Assembly: GCA_003345545.1 (NCBI GenBank)
Contig: PRDH01000069.1
Coordinates: 1-44,581 of the forward strand
Direction of reading: 5' to 3'
Source: Candidatus Thorarchaeota archaeon
Lineage (GTDB): Archaea; Asgardarchaeota; Thorarchaeia; Thorarchaeales; Thorarchaeaceae
DNA length: 44,581 bases
Shown here: positions 39,689-44,581 of the stretch, in pieces
Position numbering within the stretch: position 1 is the stretch's first letter
How the letters are laid out: the number at the start of each line of letters is the position of its first letter
Position numbers and translations under genes: made by a program
Notes under the pieces: generated by a model
Told to the model about the DNA's origin: nothing
Database searches by the model: none
Seen by the model: the letters and a program-made list of their open reading frames with translations, nothing else

Positions 39689-40226
39689 GGCATGAAACCC
39701 CTCTATTTGAACAGAGTCCGATGCCCCACATCGGTTGTCCATTGCCATATAGGTAAAACTGCTAATTAATCATTCCAATTGAGTAGTTGGAGTTTCCAAG
39801 AGAAACATCATCAGCCGCTTTTCCGACTATTCAGTTGAACAGATAGAAAACGCTCTCGACCATTGTAGAGTACTTCATCATCTTCCCGTCGAGTTCTGTA
39901 TTGGCATGAACTTTATGAGAAAAGACAGTCCGAGATTGCAGAATGAGCCCTTCTGATACTGCAAACTCCTCTATGGCACCTGCACGCCTGCTTTGGAGAG
40001 CCTAGTCATCTATTTTGTTTGAATAAACATCTCATAGGAGATAATCGAACATTCTCTGGGTGCATGGTGGAGTTCTATTTCCTCCCAAAGACTTTGGTAT
40101 CTTCAGTGCAGAGAGATTGACGGGTATCGTTGTTGTCTGAGTTGTGGATTGGTCAATTCATTGTGGGAGCCATCTCGGCTGGCATCGTTGTCGCGCTCAG
40201 AGGAGCTACTGTCCGAGAGTGATTTC

Positions 40227-42842
40227 ATGGTCGAGCACGCCTCTGAGCGGAAACGGTGGAGGCATCCACGCGAGGGTGATGACCGGCCCGGGGAGCTGCG
40301 GAAGGCCGAGGGCGGTGTCGAGGTTCAGGAGCATGAGGCTGGGAACCGCGAGGACAGTGAAACCCGTGGGAGTGTGGAGCGTCGGCTCGGTGCTGCCATG
40401 CGGGAGCTGGAGGCTCGGGAGGGCAAGGAGGCAACGATCTCTTGGAAACTGAGAAAGGCATTCGATGACCTCGAACGGAGGGAGCAGAGAAAGGAGTCTA
40501 CCGAGGCCAAGCTCAGGGAGGCTCTGGAGAGTCTGAAGGATGATGAGGACAGCGTACAACTCACTCTTGAAGCGGCTGTTCAACTTGGCGGAACGGAGGC
40601 TGCGCGGGACAAGAACGATACGCGAGAGGGTTCTGATGTTTCAGGTCGGCATCAGATTGAAGTATCTGAGGTTGACACTGTACAGAAACGGATTGATGTA
40701 GAGAAAGAGAGTTCTCGTCAATTTGGTTATATTTCCACAAAGAATGAGTTTGATGAAGCACTTGCATGTTATCCCGAATTGGAGTTGCGTAGCAGATTTG
40801 AATCACGGTATGAAGAAGTGGTTAGATACTATGTGGCCTCCGAATCTGGGATTGAAACCTGCAAGCCAGAGCTTGTAATTGAACTTGAGAATCGTGAAGT
40901 CCGAAGGATGTATGAGGAGGCAAACGGAGGACCACCAAATGTACGAATTGAATCAATGAAAGATGTGGACGAACTAATCGAGAAACACTCTGATAACATA
41001 TCTGTATCTGAGAAGCTCTACGAAAATGCTGAAACCTACTTCAGGATCAGAAATGAGAGCGGAAAAAACCAACATCAATTGGCTGCTGAATATGGATTAT
41101 CCCAGAGCAAAATCAGCGATATTCGAAGAGGTGTTGAAACCAAACTAATCAAGACTCTTCGGATGAGAGAAGAAGAATGTACTGTCCATGATTGGGCAGA
41201 CACTCAGAGCCGTGCCCAAACGGAAAAAAACAGCACTGGACAGAGTGAGATCAAAGAACAGCGATTCTCTGTTGAAAGGTCGGCTGTGCAAAAGATTGAA
41301 CCTGAATCAATCAAAGACTCGTTCACTCAGATTCGAGAGTCTAATAGAATTGATAGAAAGAGCATCGAGGATGCCATTGAGAGAATGGTGCAAATCTCTC
41401 AAAACACAGAGAGCAGAGTGAAGATGGCGGATCTTCGACAATCTGGGATAGATTCAGTGAGAATGACCGCAGTCAGGCTAATTATTAATTTGAATACAAT
41501 GGAGATAGAGAAGCATCTCAAAGAACGCCTTAGTGTTGATGAAGTACGCATCGGATTGATTAGTGATAGGCTATATGTCTGGACCCCTAATATGTCACCC
41601 AATGATATGCTCAATGCCTGGCGAACGCAATACTTCTACCTCAACAACCATGACATGGCTAAGATGGTGGATACAGTCGGCACACATATGGACCTAGGTG
41701 ACTCAAGGCGTGAGAAGCTCAGAAATCTGAACGAGTTGATGCATCAGATGGTGCGTGTCGAAACACTATCTGATGCTATCAAGATTGATGGTGACCGTTC
41801 TCGTATGCCCGGTGAGGCTATGCATTTGCAGCGTGATATGCAAGGCATACGAAACAAGGACCTTGAAGGGATAGTCAAGAAGGTCTCTGGAATCAACGGG
41901 CACGGTGGAATAAACAATCCTAAGTTCCCAGAGGGTCACAGATTGGAGGCCCTACGCGCCAGGCTGATTGCCACCTCCCTTAGTGACTGTCATATTCGTA
42001 TTGATGCTTCAGTTGTGGAATATTATGAGCAGAACCTCCAGCGTCTTGAGCGATTAGTAAATCAAGTATTACGTGAATTTGGCGACTTTACTAATGAACC
42101 AGAATACGTGGAAAAGGACAATGTTTACAAACTAAGAATCCAGAGTCCGTATGGTCGGGCTCTAAATGAATGGGGTGTCCCATCTGGGGACAAAGCAATA
42201 CTCAATCCTTGTCTTCCAAATGAAGTCACTAAATGGTTGGCGACATCAATTATCGCATATCATGAAGATATGATTGCACAAGAGGGCCACGTTTCCCCAG
42301 GGCAAGTCAGCTGGAATCGTTCCAACACACTTCATAGTGGTGTTAAATCAGAAAAATATGACTCTGTGAACCGAATCTCGGAAGGGGAAACTAGATTGAT
42401 TCAAAGCAAGGGAAATGATTATGCTGGGAGCCCAAACGGAGCCAAGACACTACTTTGGACGACAATAGAGAATCTAAGAAAGTCGACTGAATCTGAAGAA
42501 ACCGAAGCAGCTAGAGCACTCCATGACACCATTCTAGAGAACCGTAACAAATTGATGGATGATGAGAAGAACATTGCCGAAAAACTAGGAATCGATCTCT
42601 CAATACGTCCGGTACAGGTTACATATTACCCAGAATCCGGAAGAGTTTCCGTAAAATGGGTAACTCGAACATCAAATCCTGAGGCAGTAATTCGATGGGG
42701 ACTGGTTTGTCCACCCAACCATCCTAAAAAAAGAGAGGAGCTTAAGAAGTGGATAATTGCACAGAATCCTGAAAAAGTTAGGAGAATAGCCAGAGAAGTA
42801 GAGGAGGATGGACTTCCTATTCATTCAATATGGAGGGACTAA
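40227..42842 (+). CDS. Large protein: charged repeats, HTH and C-terminal two-motif LAGLIDADG-like endonuclease domain
   Basis: HTH QHQLAAEYGLSQSKISDIRRG; RLIATSLSDCHI and IIAYHEDMIAQEGHV about 95 aa apart with GVPSGDK between. The ORF is clear; the domain call is by eye. Confidence 0.65.
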   Translation: MVEHASERKRWRHPREGDDRPGELRKAEGGVEVQEHEAGNREDSETRGSVERRLGAAMRELEAREGKEATISWKLRKAFDDLERREQRKESTEAKLREALESLKDDEDSVQLTLEAAVQLGGTEAARDKNDTREGSDVSGRHQIEVSEVDTVQKRIDVEKESSRQFGYISTKNEFDEALACYPELELRSRFESRYEEVVRYYVASESGIETCKPELVIELENREVRRMYEEANGGPPNVRIESMKDVDELIEKHSDNISVSEKLYENAETYFRIRNESGKNQHQLAAEYGLSQSKISDIRRGVETKLIKTLRMREEECTVHDWADTQSRAQTEKNSTGQSEIKEQRFSVERSAVQKIEPESIKDSFTQIRESNRIDRKSIEDAIERMVQISQNTESRVKMADLRQSGIDSVRMTAVRLIINLNTMEIEKHLKERLSVDEVRIGLISDRLYVWTPNMSPNDMLNAWRTQYFYLNNHDMAKMVDTVGTHMDLGDSRREKLRNLNELMHQMVRVETLSDAIKIDGDRSRMPGEAMHLQRDMQGIRNKDLEGIVKKVSGINGHGGINNPKFPEGHRLEALRARLIATSLSDCHIRIDASVVEYYEQNLQRLERLVNQVLREFGDFTNEPEYVEKDNVYKLRIQSPYGRALNEWGVPSGDKAILNPCLPNEVTKWLATSIIAYHEDMIAQEGHVSPGQVSWNRSNTLHSGVKSEKYDSVNRISEGETRLIQSKGNDYAGSPNGAKTLLWTTIENLRKSTESEETEAARALHDTILENRNKLMDDEKNIAEKLGIDLSIRPVQVTYYPESGRVSVKWVTRTSNPEAVIRWGLVCPPNHPKKREELKKWIIAQNPEKVRRIAREVEEDGLPIHSIWRD

Positions 42843-42847
42843 TATCT

Positions 42848-43642
42848 ATGAGCCATGATGTTGAAAATATAGTCGAAAACGTAATGGAAATATTCCTAGA
42901 ACTAAACAGGGCAATAATTCCATTAGAAGTCGTTATTGAGAAACTCTCGAACGACTTTGTAATCAAAGAAATCGAAGAAGCCATAGAGTATGCACAGGAG
43001 CGATTTCAGGTTGACAAGGTCCTCGACTATCCCTCTAATGAATGGAGTTCCTATGCTGGATATCCCCTTTGGCATTTGCTGAAACTTACTCCTGAAGAGG
43101 CTGCTAATCTTCAGAATCTGAAACCCGTAGATCGGGCGCTGCTGCGGCTCTTGAAGAATCAAAACACTGCTAAGCGCTTTGGTCAGATGAAATCTGATGA
43201 TGCAAGGGTTCTCTTGCGTGAACAAGGCTTTACAAATGGAGAAACAGAATTTCTATGGATTGAAGATGTTGTAGATAATCATTATGAATATGAAGACGGA
43301 AAGAATATTGAGTGGTGTCGCTTGATTCCCGAGAACGAGAAGACTGAGGAATACAAGAAAGCAGAAGAAGAGATACAGAAGGAGTTTGATAGAAAGGAAG
43401 CCTTCCGAATGTACATCGCAGACATTCATGACCTTGCTGACTTGATATTGAAAGCTGTGAGAGCAGCTCCAGAGGGCATATCCAAAAAAGACATCATCGT
43501 ACAGCTGTTCAAAGCCCCAACAAAGTATATCGAAGAGGCTTTTGAAATCGCAGCAGAAGAGAAAGAGATACTACCAGTCACACTCGCTAATGGGGAAGAG
43601 GGCTATCGCATCAACACTCATTTTGATGATGAGGATTGGTAA
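42848..43642 (+). CDS. Acidic hypothetical protein, probable tandem winged-helix domains
   Basis: Very E/D-rich; starts 5 bp after the upstream stop, with a GGAGGG RBS. Confidence 0.75.
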   Translation: MSHDVENIVENVMEIFLELNRAIIPLEVVIEKLSNDFVIKEIEEAIEYAQERFQVDKVLDYPSNEWSSYAGYPLWHLLKLTPEEAANLQNLKPVDRALLRLLKNQNTAKRFGQMKSDDARVLLREQGFTNGETEFLWIEDVVDNHYEYEDGKNIEWCRLIPENEKTEEYKKAEEEIQKEFDRKEAFRMYIADIHDLADLILKAVRAAPEGISKKDIIVQLFKAPTKYIEEAFEIAAEEKEILPVTLANGEEGYRINTHFDDEDW

Positions 43643-43664
43643 GGCAATATTAACTATGATTAAG

Positions 43665-43803
43665 TGGTAGCGGGTAGTGGATTTTTTGGCCGAATCATGG
43701 AAGTCATGATTCGCGAACCACCGGTCTCAGGGTTATGAGCCCTGCGGGATAGGCTTCGCCCATGGGCGGAGAATCCGCTCTAGACTGGCTTCCCCAACCC
43801 GCT
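43665..43803 (-). tRNA. Initiator tRNA-Met (CAT) with two 30-nt introns (D-loop and T-loop) and encoded CCA
   Basis: Acceptor AGCGGGT/ACCCGCT (A1:U72), D-stem GGGA/TCCC, anticodon arm CAGGG-CTCATAA-CCCTG (3 G:C pairs), T-stem GGTGG/CCACT, ACCA end; 79 nt after removing 43755-43784 and 43685-43714. Confidence 0.92.
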
Positions 43804-43918
43804 TTACTTAAACCATTGTTTGAGCAAACGCAAGTGTGTGGCCCAGAAGGACCTCTACCGGCGTTGCTTAGACGGGGAACGGCTGTGGCGAGTATTAAAG
43901 TTATTCGTAGGGCAGGTC

Positions 43919-43945
43919 TGTAGACACTCTTATCAGGCTGCAGAG
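43919..43945 (+). repeat. 27-bp direct repeat, copy 1
   Basis: TGTAGACACTCTTATCAGGCTGCAGAG. Confidence 0.85.
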
Positions 43946-43959
43946 CATAGACATGGTGA

Positions 43960-44553
43960 GTGGAGATGGGAGATTCGAGGTTACTCACACGGTTCCGCGA
44001 GTTCTGCATGGCCTATAGGGCCAAGTATGCTTTCGAAGGTGTTGTCGAGGATCTACAGTCATTGAAGCTTGTTGGGCCAGAGCGCCTCCCCAGGGGTATG
44101 TTGGTTCGTGGTACGGTGGGTCCAAGATTTGTTCAATTCGAGTCTGAGCGAATGCCTCCTGTGACCATCGGAGATACGGTCATAGTAGTGGGACTGGATG
44201 GATGGCGAGGCGAGAACAGTGTTCTTCCCGCAGTACTTCTCAATCCAACAGAAAGATATGCATGGTTCTTCGGAGACCTTCGGCATAGAATGACCTGTAA
44301 CATGGCACTCTGGAACACATCTGTGATTTTTGCTGTTGCTTTTGGTATATTCTTGATAGCGAAGCAGATTCCGCCGCTACGAGAGATCTGGAGCTATGTT
44401 CTTTCCTTGCTGTTCCTTATAGTAGCTTTCTTCGCCGAACCGTTTGTTCTGAAATACAACGAACGACCTAGATTGTATTACTGTGATGAGAAGACATGGC
44501 ATGCACTCACTGCTGAGCTAGCAGAGAGATTTGGCATTAAGGCTTCAGTATGA
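43960..44553 (+). CDS. Hypothetical membrane protein (beta-rich N-domain, two TM)
   Basis: 197-aa ORF with GGTGA RBS and two hydrophobic helices. Confidence 0.75.
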   Translation: MEMGDSRLLTRFREFCMAYRAKYAFEGVVEDLQSLKLVGPERLPRGMLVRGTVGPRFVQFESERMPPVTIGDTVIVVGLDGWRGENSVLPAVLLNPTERYAWFFGDLRHRMTCNMALWNTSVIFAVAFGIFLIAKQIPPLREIWSYVLSLLFLIVAFFAEPFVLKYNERPRLYYCDEKTWHALTAELAERFGIKASV

Positions 44554-44554
44554 G

Positions 44555-44581
44555 TGTAGACACTCTTATCGGGCTGCGGAG
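44555..44581 (+). repeat. 27-bp direct repeat, copy 2 (may continue past the window end)
   Basis: TGTAGACACTCTTATCGGGCTGCGGAG, 25/27 identical to copy 1. Confidence 0.85.

Noticed and set aside
40227-42842. Intein in the giant ORF
   Set aside because: No Hint-domain blocks or His-Asn-Cys/Ser/Thr junction recognisable around the endonuclease-like region
35200-43665. Integrated element with an att duplication of the tRNA 3' end
   Set aside because: No second copy of TGGTAGCGGGTAGTGG found by eye, and no integrase or transposase in the window
43704-44065. ORFs 43704-44009 (-) and 43820-44065 (+)
   Set aside because: They overlap the tRNA, its promoter region or the better-supported 43960 ORF; no coding features
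953-44318. Numerous 60-230 aa antisense or alternate-frame ORFs in the track (e.g. 7038-7727, 12425-12967, 15773-16381)
   Set aside because: Shadows of well-supported genes with no motifs or RBS
43919-44581. CRISPR interpretation of the 27-bp repeats
   Set aside because: Only two copies, 636 bp apart with a whole gene between them; no cas genes

Overview
Archaeal chromosomal window. Gene content and protein style suggest an Asgard archaeon, most likely Thorarchaeota (inference, not verified). 1-12.3 kb is a core replication/transcription block: phosphohexomutase (partial), PhoU regulator, PolD DP1, Cdc6/Orc1 with ORB-like boxes upstream, METTL5-like methylase, Csl4, RpoL, TFS, RPA14-like, two tandem PCNA paralogues, PriS with extra Zn ribbons, and GINS15. 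12.5-21 kb is an HdrC-HdrB-HdrA-HdrA/MvhD cluster with QmoAB-like architecture and no hydrogenase, followed by a large double-wHTH/ferredoxin protein and an acyl-CoA dehydrogenase. 21-30 kb holds accessory genes (cupin, frameshifted surface protein, MvhD plus His-rich MFS, M24 peptidase, GNATs, FTR1, HD, Lrp, JAMM). 30-37 kb holds the Pop5-Rpp30-L15e operon with a structured L15e leader, SerA-like dehydrogenase, YchF and a Fur/DpsL pair. 37-44.6 kb is a variable region: a beta-helix surface protein, an approximately 870-aa HTH plus LAGLIDADG-like protein paired with an acidic wHTH protein, an initiator tRNA-Met missed by the ORF track that carries two non-canonical 30-nt introns, and a membrane gene flanked by 27-bp direct repeats.
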